A stretch of DNA of 64,000 bases, from contig CP066688.1 of NCBI GenBank assembly GCA_016432425.1, positions 343,398 to 407,397 on the forward strand, read 5' to 3'. Of the stretch, positions 57,262 to 64,000 are shown in pieces. Made by a program: the position numbers and the translations under genes. The notes under the pieces are model-generated. The model searched no databases and had not been told where the DNA came from. It saw only the letters and a program-made list of their open reading frames with translations. The stretch's first letter is position 1, and every line of letters begins with the position of its first letter. Origin of the DNA: Candidatus Daviesbacteria bacterium (lineage in GTDB: Bacteria; Patescibacteriota; Microgenomatia; Daviesbacterales; UBA10151).

Positions 57262-57834
57262 ATGCCCAAAGTTTTTCAACCAACTAAAGAATCTGTTGAA
57301 CCCTCTCCAGTAGAAGAGTTTACCCCTAAAATATCAGAAGCAAGAGAGATTAAAACTTTACTGGAATGGGTTGCTCCGGCCCGGCCTTATCGCAAAAAAG
57401 ATCGTTCCTACTATACTACCATTGCTGTTTTGGTTATTTTGTTAATTTTAATTGCCATTTTAATAAGGGAATTTTTGTTAATTGGAGTACTGCTGTCTTT
57501 GGCTTTTGTCTCTTATGTCCTGGCCTTTGTCCCACCAAATGATATTGGCTATAAAATTTCTACCCAGGGAATTACTATTGGAGACCATTTTTATTTCTGG
57601 CATGAGTTGGAATCATTTTGGTTTAAAGTTAAAGAAGGGCAGGCAGTTTTATTTGTCCAAACCAGACTGAGGTTTCCCGGGCAGCTAATGTTGGTTTTAA
57701 AGATTGACCAGGAAATAGTTAAAAAAGAAGTGGCTAAATTCTTGCCTTTTCATGAAATTCCCAGAGAAACAATCATGGACCGCTGGTCTGAAAGTTTACA
57801 AAAACATTTTCCTCTGGAAAAAACCCATTTTTAA
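57262..57834 (+). CDS. hypothetical membrane protein (2 TM)
   Basis: YYTTIAVLVILLILIAILIREFLLIGVLLSLAFVSYVLAFV. Confidence 0.3.
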   Translation: MPKVFQPTKESVEPSPVEEFTPKISEAREIKTLLEWVAPARPYRKKDRSYYTTIAVLVILLILIAILIREFLLIGVLLSLAFVSYVLAFVPPNDIGYKISTQGITIGDHFYFWHELESFWFKVKEGQAVLFVQTRLRFPGQLMLVLKIDQEIVKKEVAKFLPFHEIPRETIMDRWSESLQKHFPLEKTHF

Positions 57835-57874
57835 GTTAGTTTTTAAACCTAATTTGCGGTACAATACTCAAGAT

Positions 57875-57947
57875 GCGCCTGTAGCTTAATGGATAGAGCA
57901 TTGGATTGCGGATCCAAAGGTTGTGGGTTCGACTCCCGCCGGGCGCG
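57875..57947 (+). tRNA. tRNA-Arg (anticodon GCG)
   Basis: Acceptor GCGCCTG/CGGGCGC, anticodon stem TTGGA/TCCAA loop TTGCGGA, T-arm GTGGG-TTCGACT-CCCGC. Confidence 0.75.
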
Positions 57948-57952
57948 CTCAA

Positions 57953-58034
57953 GGAGGGTTGGCAGAACGGTAATGCAATGGTTTCGAAAACCATCGGGTG
58001 AAAGCCCTAGCAGGTTCGACTCCTGCACCCTCCG
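57953..58034 (+). tRNA. tRNA-Ser (anticodon CGA)
   Basis: Acceptor GGAGGGT/ACCCTCC, anticodon stem ATGGT/ACCAT loop TTCGAAA, long variable arm, T-arm GCAGG-TTCGACT-CCTGC. Confidence 0.75.
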
Positions 58035-58109
58035 CCGCTAGAGAGGTTCGTTCATAGTATCCTTTGGATGCTATGCTTACTTGTTAACATCCTCCTCCCA
58101 CCGCCTGTC

Positions 58110-58466
58110 TCATTCCCAGGAGACTTGTTGGATGTTGGCGCTTTCCAGATTATTCATCCCTAAGTAATTCATCACTGCATTTTTGGCCACTTCCTGGTCA
58201 TAGGGTTTACAGGAAAAGATATCCACCAAAACTTGTTTGTGGTCAGTAAAAGTATGGATGGAAATGTGAGAAAAATCAATGATGACAAAGCCGGACAGCC
58301 CGGGGTTTTCCGGAATACCGGAGGTGATTACCGGCCCTTTTAAAACAGTCATACCAATAGTACCAGGGAGAGTGTTTAAAAAGGTGTTTAATTTTTCCTC
58401 ATCAGAAAGGACAGAATCAGGCACATTATTAACGTCAATAATTATATGAAACCGACCGGCAGCCAT
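58110..58466 (-). CDS. speH: pyruvoyl-dependent decarboxylase of the SpeH family (S-adenosylmethionine decarboxylase proenzyme-like)
   Basis: IIDFSHISIHTFTD…VDIFSCK matching SpeH self-cleavage/core motif (ESHxxxHTWPE…DxFTCG). Confidence 0.65.
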   Translation of the reverse strand: MAAGRFHIIIDVNNVPDSVLSDEEKLNTFLNTLPGTIGMTVLKGPVITSGIPENPGLSGFVIIDFSHISIHTFTDHKQVLVDIFSCKPYDQEVAKNAVMNYLGMNNLESANIQQVSWE

Positions 58467-58600
58467 CGCATAAATACATAGTAAAATTACTATGTATATT
58501 GAGTATTGGAATATTTTTTATCATTTGTCAACCCCATTACTTTAAATCTGTTAAGCAAGCTTGCCTGTTTGCTGGGCAAAGGGTAAAATCAGTTAATCTT

Positions 58601-58673
58601 GCGCCTGTAGCTTAATGGATAGAGCATTGGATTCCGGATCCAAAGGTTGGAGGTTCGAATCCTCTCAGGCGCG
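58601..58673 (+). tRNA. tRNA-Arg (anticodon CCG)
   Basis: First 33 nt identical to tRNA-Arg(GCG) copy; anticodon loop TTCCGGA; T-arm GGAGG-TTCGAAT-CCTCT; acceptor GCGCCTG/CAGGCGC. Confidence 0.75.
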
Positions 58674-58895
58674 CATAGTCTCGTCCTTTCGGGAGGGGTG
58701 AAAGTATCCTCCTTCGTTTGAAAACTTCAGCGGGACAGGCCTTACTGCTAGGGAGCCCTTCGACTTCGCTCAGGTCATCGACTCTGAGGCTTTCAGCCTC
58801 ATCGCTCAGACTCGAAGAGGTAAACTATTTTGGTGATTCACTTTGGCCATAGGGATCGCAATTTTACCCTTAATTTTTATGCTATTATTTGATGT

Positions 58896-59225
58896 ATGGC
58901 TTGGAAAGTGAAATTCTTTCAAACTGCAAGAGGTAATTTTCCAGTAAAGGAATTTATGCAGGATCAGGATAAGACAACGTATATGAAACTTATCCATGCA
59001 ATAGAACTTTTAGAAAGTGGTGGTCCTTATTTAAAACCTCCCTACATAAAAAAACTTAAAGATAAGTTATATGAACTTCGGATATCTGGAAAAGTCGCCA
59101 CTAGAATCTTTTATACTGTCGTCAACGGAGAATATTACTTACTGCATGCCTTCAAAAAGAAAAGTCAAAAAACTCCCAGTAAGGAATTTAAAATAGCCCT
59201 TGACAGAATGAGAGAGATAGTATAG
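58896..59225 (+). CDS. higB: type II toxin HigB/RelE-ParE superfamily (Gp49-like)
   Basis: WKVKFFQTARGNFPVKEFM…YELRISGKVATRIFYTVVNGEYYLLHAFKKKSQKTP pattern of HigB/Gp49 toxins; toxin-first order. Confidence 0.65.
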   Translation: MAWKVKFFQTARGNFPVKEFMQDQDKTTYMKLIHAIELLESGGPYLKPPYIKKLKDKLYELRISGKVATRIFYTVVNGEYYLLHAFKKKSQKTPSKEFKIALDRMREIV

Positions 59226-59281
59226 CATATATGCTATAATTTAATCGACGGGAGGAAGATTAAATTTCAAGCTTTGCTTAT

Positions 59282-59578
59282 ATGATTAAACCTAAGAATA
59301 GAAAACATTTAGATTTTTCCGTGTGGAAAAAAGAGGTATTGAAAGATCCAGAACTGAGGGTAGAATATAACCGCCTGCAGCCAGAATATGCTGTCATTCA
59401 AGCTATACTTGATGCGAGGATTAAAAAGGGAGTAACCCAAAAAGAACTGGCTCAAAGGATTGGCACCAAACAATCAGTCATTTCAAGACTCGAGTCCGGC
59501 CATGCTAATCCATCAGTCGCCTTCTTAAAAAAATTAGCTCAGGCTTTAAATTCTCACTTGGAAATCAGGTTTAGATAA
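59282..59578 (+). CDS. higA: HTH XRE-family antitoxin HigA
   Basis: …ARIKKGVTQKELAQRIGTKQSVISRLESGHANPSVAFLKKLAQAL helix-turn-helix. Confidence 0.7.
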   Translation: MIKPKNRKHLDFSVWKKEVLKDPELRVEYNRLQPEYAVIQAILDARIKKGVTQKELAQRIGTKQSVISRLESGHANPSVAFLKKLAQALNSHLEIRFR

Positions 59579-59753
59579 TAAAAATTACTAAAGAATAATC
59601 TAATATGCATACTTATACATTTTTTAGACCTAAAGCATAAGCAGAGCTTGATTTCTCGCAAGCTCGAAATTAGACTAAATCTGGTAATAGGCCGTTAGAC
59701 AGGAACAATCTTATGAATTCTGGCAGTCTGGCTAATATCACGTCAGGCGCGCT

Positions 59754-59969
59754 TTAAGCTTTTTTAACTTGCCTTTGGAAGAATTTAAGATAAACAGCCG
59801 GTAAAATACCGGCAGAGTTAATAACAAGCAGGGCAATAAACCAGTTGCGTTGGTTATTCCTGGCTGCATGCCACATACCAATCCCACGCAAAATTACATC
59901 TACAATACCCAGTAAAACAATTAAGAAATTAAATTGTCCCAAGTCCCAGTTATAAATTCCCTGTCCCAT
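59754..59969 (-). CDS. small membrane protein
   Basis: 71 aa, two hydrophobic helices. Confidence 0.3.
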   Translation of the reverse strand: MGQGIYNWDLGQFNFLIVLLGIVDVILRGIGMWHAARNNQRNWFIALLVINSAGILPAVYLKFFQRQVKKA

Positions 59970-60057
59970 ATTAACAGTATAACAAATTTGAGCGAAGAGG
60001 GAGGGATGTTCGCCTTTGGCGTAGCATAGTCTAGCGACTATGAACGAACCTACTTAG

Positions 60058-60141
60058 CGGAGGAGGTGGGATTCGAACCCACGTGAGCTTGCGCTCGTAC
60101 GCTTTCCAAGCGTATGGAATGAACCGCTATCCGACTCCTCC
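60058..60141 (-). tRNA. tRNA-Ser (anticodon GGA)
   Basis: Minus-strand fold: acceptor GGAGGAG/CTCCTCC, anticodon stem TACGC/GCGTA loop TTGGAAA, variable-arm GAGC-GCAA-GCTC, T-arm GTGGG-TTCGAAT-CCCAC. Confidence 0.8.
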
Positions 60142-60236
60142 AAACTTTCCTATTATACTTTACTTCGGGGAAATTTTGGAGTATAATCCAGGCACAATCT
60201 CTTACAGCCTCGTCCGCCAGCTAGCGGAGCGGGCCG

Positions 60237-62027
60237 TTGGATGACTGTTTAACTATGGATGATATCGAATTAATCAAACAAAAGATTAATATTGTTGATC
60301 TTGCTCAAGAGTATTTACCCTTAAAAAAATCCGGCATTAATTTTAAAGCCAATTGTCCTTTCCATAACGAAAAAACTCCCTCCTTTTTTATCTCTCCCGA
60401 ACGGGGAATTTTCCGCTGTTTTGGCTGTGGCAAATCCGGAGATATTTTTACTTTTTTAATGGAAAAAGAAGGTTGGGAATTTAAGGAAGCACTAGAAGTT
60501 TTAGCCAAACGGGCCGGAGTGATTTTAAAAAAAACTGCCCACAAAAAGGATACTAAAGATAAATTATATGAGCTCAATCTCAAAGCCCAGGAATTTTTCC
60601 ATTACCTGCTGCTCAAACATTCTTTGGGTAAAAACGCCGCTGAGTATTTAAAAAAACGGGGTCTAACTGATGAGTCAATGACCCAGTTTCAATTGGGTTA
60701 TGCCCCTAATTCTTGGGATTCCCTGACCAAGTTTTTGGGCAAAAAAGGCTTTAGCGTAGCAGAAATTATTGAAAGCGGCCTGGGAGTAGTTTCCCAAAAT
60801 GGCTGCTATGATCGTTTCCGGGGCCGTGTTATTTTCCCCCTGATTGACACCAGAGACAGAACAGTGGGTTTTGCCGGACGGATTATTTACCAGGGTGAGC
60901 CTAAATATATTAACAACCCTCAAACCCCAATTTTTGATAAAAGTAATTTTCTGTTTGGTTTAAATAAAGCCAAATCTGCTATTAAATCAGCTGATATGGC
61001 AGTTTTAGTGGAGGGAGAGATGGATGTGATTTTGTCTCATCAGGCCGGCATCAAAAACATGGTGGCTTCTAAAGGAACAGCTCTAACCGGCGGGCAGTTG
61101 GATTTAATTAAAAAATATACCAGCAACTTATCCTTAGGGTTTGATATGGACTTAGCCGGGGATAGCGCCTCCCGCCGGGGGATTGAACTGGCAGATAAAA
61201 TGGGATTAAACATTAAAGTGGTGGAATTACCCTCAGGTAAAGATGCAGCCGAGTTGGCCAGTCAAGATGCCCCGGCGCTAGAGCAAGCCATAACCCAAGC
61301 TCTTCCCGTCTATGATTATTACCTTAACTCAGTCAGCAAAAGATTTAATTTAACAGACCCCAGTTCACTTAAAAAAATTGGCGAGGAGCTAGTCCCTATT
61401 TGGTCCAAAATTAATGATGATATTGTCCGGGAACATTATATCCAAAAATTGGCTGCCCTCCTGCGGGTGGATGAGGTGCTTATTAGAAACAGGGTTGAAA
61501 AAGAAAAATCTGCACCTGTGCCCAATTTTCAACAGGCGCTAAAACAAACCAAAAAAGACGACCGACTCTCCACTCTCTCCCGCCGCAGCTTGCTGGAAGA
61601 ATATCTGATGTCGCTCTTGCTACATATTCCCGCTGATTTAGTCTTTGTCCCCCAATTTCCGGAGACCCTATTTTTAGAAGAAAAATGGCGGGAACTTTAT
61701 GTACTTTTGGTATTATATTTAGACTCGATTTCTTTCAAAGGCCGCGCCTTTGACATTAATGAATTCCTCAAAGGAGTACCAAGAGAGCTGGTAGAAGAAG
61801 TGGATAGGCTGTATTTGGTAGAAATAGATGAGCGTTTCCAAAATTCCCGCCATTGGCAAGAGGAATTGGAAGTGGTAGTATCACAGCTTAAAAAGGAGTT
61901 GGTTAAAGCTTCGCTGGAGCGGTTGTCTTTGGAGATTAAAAATGCGGAAAGCTTTGGTAAGATAGAGTTAGTGGGAACTTTGACTAAAAGATTTAGAGAC
62001 TTATCAGTAAAACTAAAAAATCTCTAG
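60237..62027 (+). CDS. dnaG: DNA primase
   Basis: Zinc-binding [42 protein letters not shown]…. Confidence 0.9.
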   Translation: MDDCLTMDDIELIKQKINIVDLAQEYLPLKKSGINFKANCPFHNEKTPSFFISPERGIFRCFGCGKSGDIFTFLMEKEGWEFKEALEVLAKRAGVILKKTAHKKDTKDKLYELNLKAQEFFHYLLLKHSLGKNAAEYLKKRGLTDESMTQFQLGYAPNSWDSLTKFLGKKGFSVAEIIESGLGVVSQNGCYDRFRGRVIFPLIDTRDRTVGFAGRIIYQGEPKYINNPQTPIFDKSNFLFGLNKAKSAIKSADMAVLVEGEMDVILSHQAGIKNMVASKGTALTGGQLDLIKKYTSNLSLGFDMDLAGDSASRRGIELADKMGLNIKVVELPSGKDAAELASQDAPALEQAITQALPVYDYYLNSVSKRFNLTDPSSLKKIGEELVPIWSKINDDIVREHYIQKLAALLRVDEVLIRNRVEKEKSAPVPNFQQALKQTKKDDRLSTLSRRSLLEEYLMSLLLHIPADLVFVPQFPETLFLEEKWRELYVLLVLYLDSISFKGRAFDINEFLKGVPRELVEEVDRLYLVEIDERFQNSRHWQEELEVVVSQLKKELVKASLERLSLEIKNAESFGKIELVGTLTKRFRDLSVKLKNL

Positions 62028-62040
62028 TCTAGAAATAATT

Positions 62041-63141
62041 ATGGCAAAAACTGGAACGCGCAGTAAAAAACCAATTAATTTGGATAATAAAAAATTGTTA
62101 AAACTCGGCCGCGAGCGGGGTTTTGTCACCCAAGAAGAAATTTTGCAAATCTTCCCCCAACCGGAAGATCATCTGGAAGAATTGGATAAATTCTATGCTG
62201 ATTTAATTAATGCGGGGATTGATGTTTTTGAAACTACTGCTGAGGATCTGGAAGAGCCCGAATCAGTCAGTGAACTGGAAAAAGAGTTGGAGGTGTTGAC
62301 CACTTTAGAGGAAGGTTCAGTGACTGACCCGGTGCGCCAATACCTGCGGGACATTGGTAAGGTGTCGCTGCTAACTGCCGCGGAAGAAATTGAGCTGGCC
62401 AAAAAAGCAGAAAAAGGGGAGAAGCAAGCCCGAGATAAGCTGACCAGCGCCAATTTGCGTTTAGTAGTTTCTATTGCCAAAAAATATGTGGGGCGAGGTA
62501 TGAGTCTTTTGGATTTAATCGAGGAAGGCAACATTGGTTTAATGCGGGCAGTAGATAAATATGATTGGAGGAGAGGTTTTAAGTTTTCCACCTACGCCAC
62601 CTGGTGGATCAGGCAAGCTATCACCCGGGCCATTGCAGATCAAGCCCGCACCATCCGTATCCCTGTTCATATGGTGGAGACAATTAACCGTTTTAATCGG
62701 ACCCAGCGTCAGCTAATGCAGGAGCTGGGACGGGAACCAACTCCGGAGGAGGTGGCAGCTGTTTTGGGAATTGATCCAGTTAAAGCCAGGGAGATTATTA
62801 AAGTTTCTCAAGAGCCAACTTCGCTGGAGACTCCGGTGGGGGATGAAGGAGATTCCCATTTGGGGGATTTTATTGAAGACCAAGGGTTGCAACCAGACGA
62901 ACAAGCGACTCGTGAGCTTCTTAAAAGTCACTTGGATGAAGTATTAGATTCACTCTCGCCCCGGGAAAAAAGGGTGTTGCAGTTGCGGTTTGGCTTGGAA
63001 GATGGTAAACAAAGAACTTTGGAGGAAGTAGGCAAAGAGTTTGGAGTAACCAGAGAGAGGATTAGACAAATTGAAGCCAAAGCCATTAGAAAACTCAAAC
63101 ATCCCACCAGAGCGAAAAAATTAAGAGACTACCTGGAGTAA
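62041..63141 (+). CDS. rpoD: RNA polymerase sigma-70 factor RpoD
   Basis: Regions 1.2-4.2 (…[22 protein letters not shown]…, …[28 protein letters not shown]…, …[27 protein letters not shown]…), directly after dnaG. Confidence 0.9.
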   Translation: MAKTGTRSKKPINLDNKKLLKLGRERGFVTQEEILQIFPQPEDHLEELDKFYADLINAGIDVFETTAEDLEEPESVSELEKELEVLTTLEEGSVTDPVRQYLRDIGKVSLLTAAEEIELAKKAEKGEKQARDKLTSANLRLVVSIAKKYVGRGMSLLDLIEEGNIGLMRAVDKYDWRRGFKFSTYATWWIRQAITRAIADQARTIRIPVHMVETINRFNRTQRQLMQELGREPTPEEVAAVLGIDPVKAREIIKVSQEPTSLETPVGDEGDSHLGDFIEDQGLQPDEQATRELLKSHLDEVLDSLSPREKRVLQLRFGLEDGKQRTLEEVGKEFGVTRERIRQIEAKAIRKLKHPTRAKKLRDYLE

Positions 63142-64000
63142 ATTTTCTTTTTGGAGTTTGGGTAAGACACAAATCTTCTTCGGTTCACTACCTTTAATAA
63201 AATATTCCAACAAGCCGCTGCTAGAAGCCTCTTTCAACAGCAGGCCATTTTGGCGGCAGATCCACACTTGGCTAATGTTGGCAGGCGGGCTAAATTTTTC
63301 TACTGGTGTCTCGGTTAAAAAATTTTCCATTAAGCTTTTCCAAATAGGGGCGGCTCCCAAAGAACCGGCTATCTGGTCCATAGGGGTGCCGTCACTATTT
63401 CCCACCCAAGCTCCCACCACCAATGAAGGGGTATAACCCAAAGTTAAGGAGTCGCGAAAATCCTCCGTAGTGCCGGTTTTAACAGCGGCCGGGCGGGAGA
63501 TGTTTAAGATATTGCCAAATACTTCTGCCCGACTGTTGGCATCAGACAAAATAGAAGAAATTAAAAAAGCCTGCTCTGGCTCCAGCACTTTTTGAGGGGT
63601 AGGTTGGTAAGAAAAAATTTTCCGGCCCAATTTATCATTAATTTCTAAGATGGTGGTGGGTTCAATCTTAATCCCATCATTGGCAAAAACTCCATAAACA
63701 GAAGTTAGCTCTAAAAGCTTAACTTCGCCTGCTCCCAGCACTAAGGATAGCCCATATTGAGCAGGCTCCTCTAGGTTAGTAATGCCCAGCCGTTTAGCCA
63801 TCTCTAAGACGGTAGGTACTCCCACTTTGGACATAACTTCCACGGAGGGGACATTGAGAGAGTTGGCCAGAGCCCGTCTGGCTAAAACCGGACCGCGGAA
63901 TTTGCGGTCAAAATTGACTGGTTTGTAGGGGGGAGAGCCGGGCAGATTGTAGGTTGTAGGTGTATCCTTTAAGAGAGTGGCCGGGGTAATAAGATTTTGC
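63121..64000 (-). CDS. penicillin-binding protein, transpeptidase domain (C-terminal part; gene continues beyond window)
   Basis: [34 protein letters not shown] (KTG motif); ORF open to window edge. Confidence 0.7.
   Translation of the reverse strand, partial: QNLITPATLLKDTPTTYNLPGSPPYKPVNFDRKFRGPVLARRALANSLNVPSVEVMSKVGVPTVLEMAKRLGITNLEEPAQYGLSLVLGAGEVKLLELTSVYGVFANDGIKIEPTTILEINDKLGRKIFSYQPTPQKVLEPEQAFLISSILSDANSRAEVFGNILNISRPAAVKTGTTEDFRDSLTLGYTPSLVVGAWVGNSDGTPMDQIAGSLGAAPIWKSLMENFLTETPVEKFSPPANISQVWICRQNGLLLKEASSSGLLEYFIKGSEPKKICVLPKLQKENLLQVVS

Overview
This 64 kb window comes from an AT-rich bacterial chromosome and is densely packed with short genes. The gene content points to a Patescibacteria/CPR-like lineage: a small Gram-positive-type YidC, bL25 with an acidic tail, 2-TM T4SS-type pilins, and many lipoproteins and PEGA/PH-domain membrane proteins. 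That placement is an inference from gene content, not a measurement.

The window spans the replication-origin neighbourhood. On the minus strand it carries rpmH-rnpA-yidD-yidC-jag, divergent from dnaA-dnaN on the plus strand, and three perfect DnaA boxes sit upstream of dnaA. Recognised housekeeping genes include groES/groEL, tsaD, a short valS, rplY, rnhA, smpB with an adjacent tmRNA, dnaG-rpoD, thpR, mraZ, speH, comFC, and a GAF histidine kinase with an OmpR-family regulator. Seven tRNAs are present: all four tRNA-Ser isoacceptors, two near-identical tRNA-Arg copies that differ in the anticodon, and one further tRNA.

The most notable region is a roughly 16 kb cluster (29.9-45.9 kb) immediately downstream of dnaN that looks like a type IV secretion system. 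It encodes a VirB4-family ATPase, possibly split, with a 248-aa upstream ORF that could be its N-terminal part. There is a VirB3-like 2-TM protein fused to a CnaB-like domain, and a VirB6/TrbL-like polytopic membrane protein whose 5' coding region is built from heptanucleotide repeats. Two cell-wall hydrolases are present: one combines a lytic transglycosylase with an HExxH domain, and the other is an M23-like lipoprotein with a degenerate HxH motif. Five tandem paralogous T4SS-pilin-like genes follow, then a larger adhesin-like protein with the same pilin-like C-terminal domain. No relaxase or VirD4 coupling protein is visible.

Other points worth following up:
- a GC-rich structured noncoding element with a terminator-like 3' end, between the T4SS operon and two unknown proteins;
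- about 630 bp inserted into the groES-groEL spacer (an ORF plus a cluster of hairpins);
- a YraN/Hjc-like membrane-anchored nuclease between dnaA and dnaN;
- a HigBA pair next to tRNA-Arg(CCG), flanked by a 10-bp direct repeat;
- an HK / P-loop ATPase / O-methyltransferase operon;
- a module of two unknown genes at 10.2-12.6 kb.
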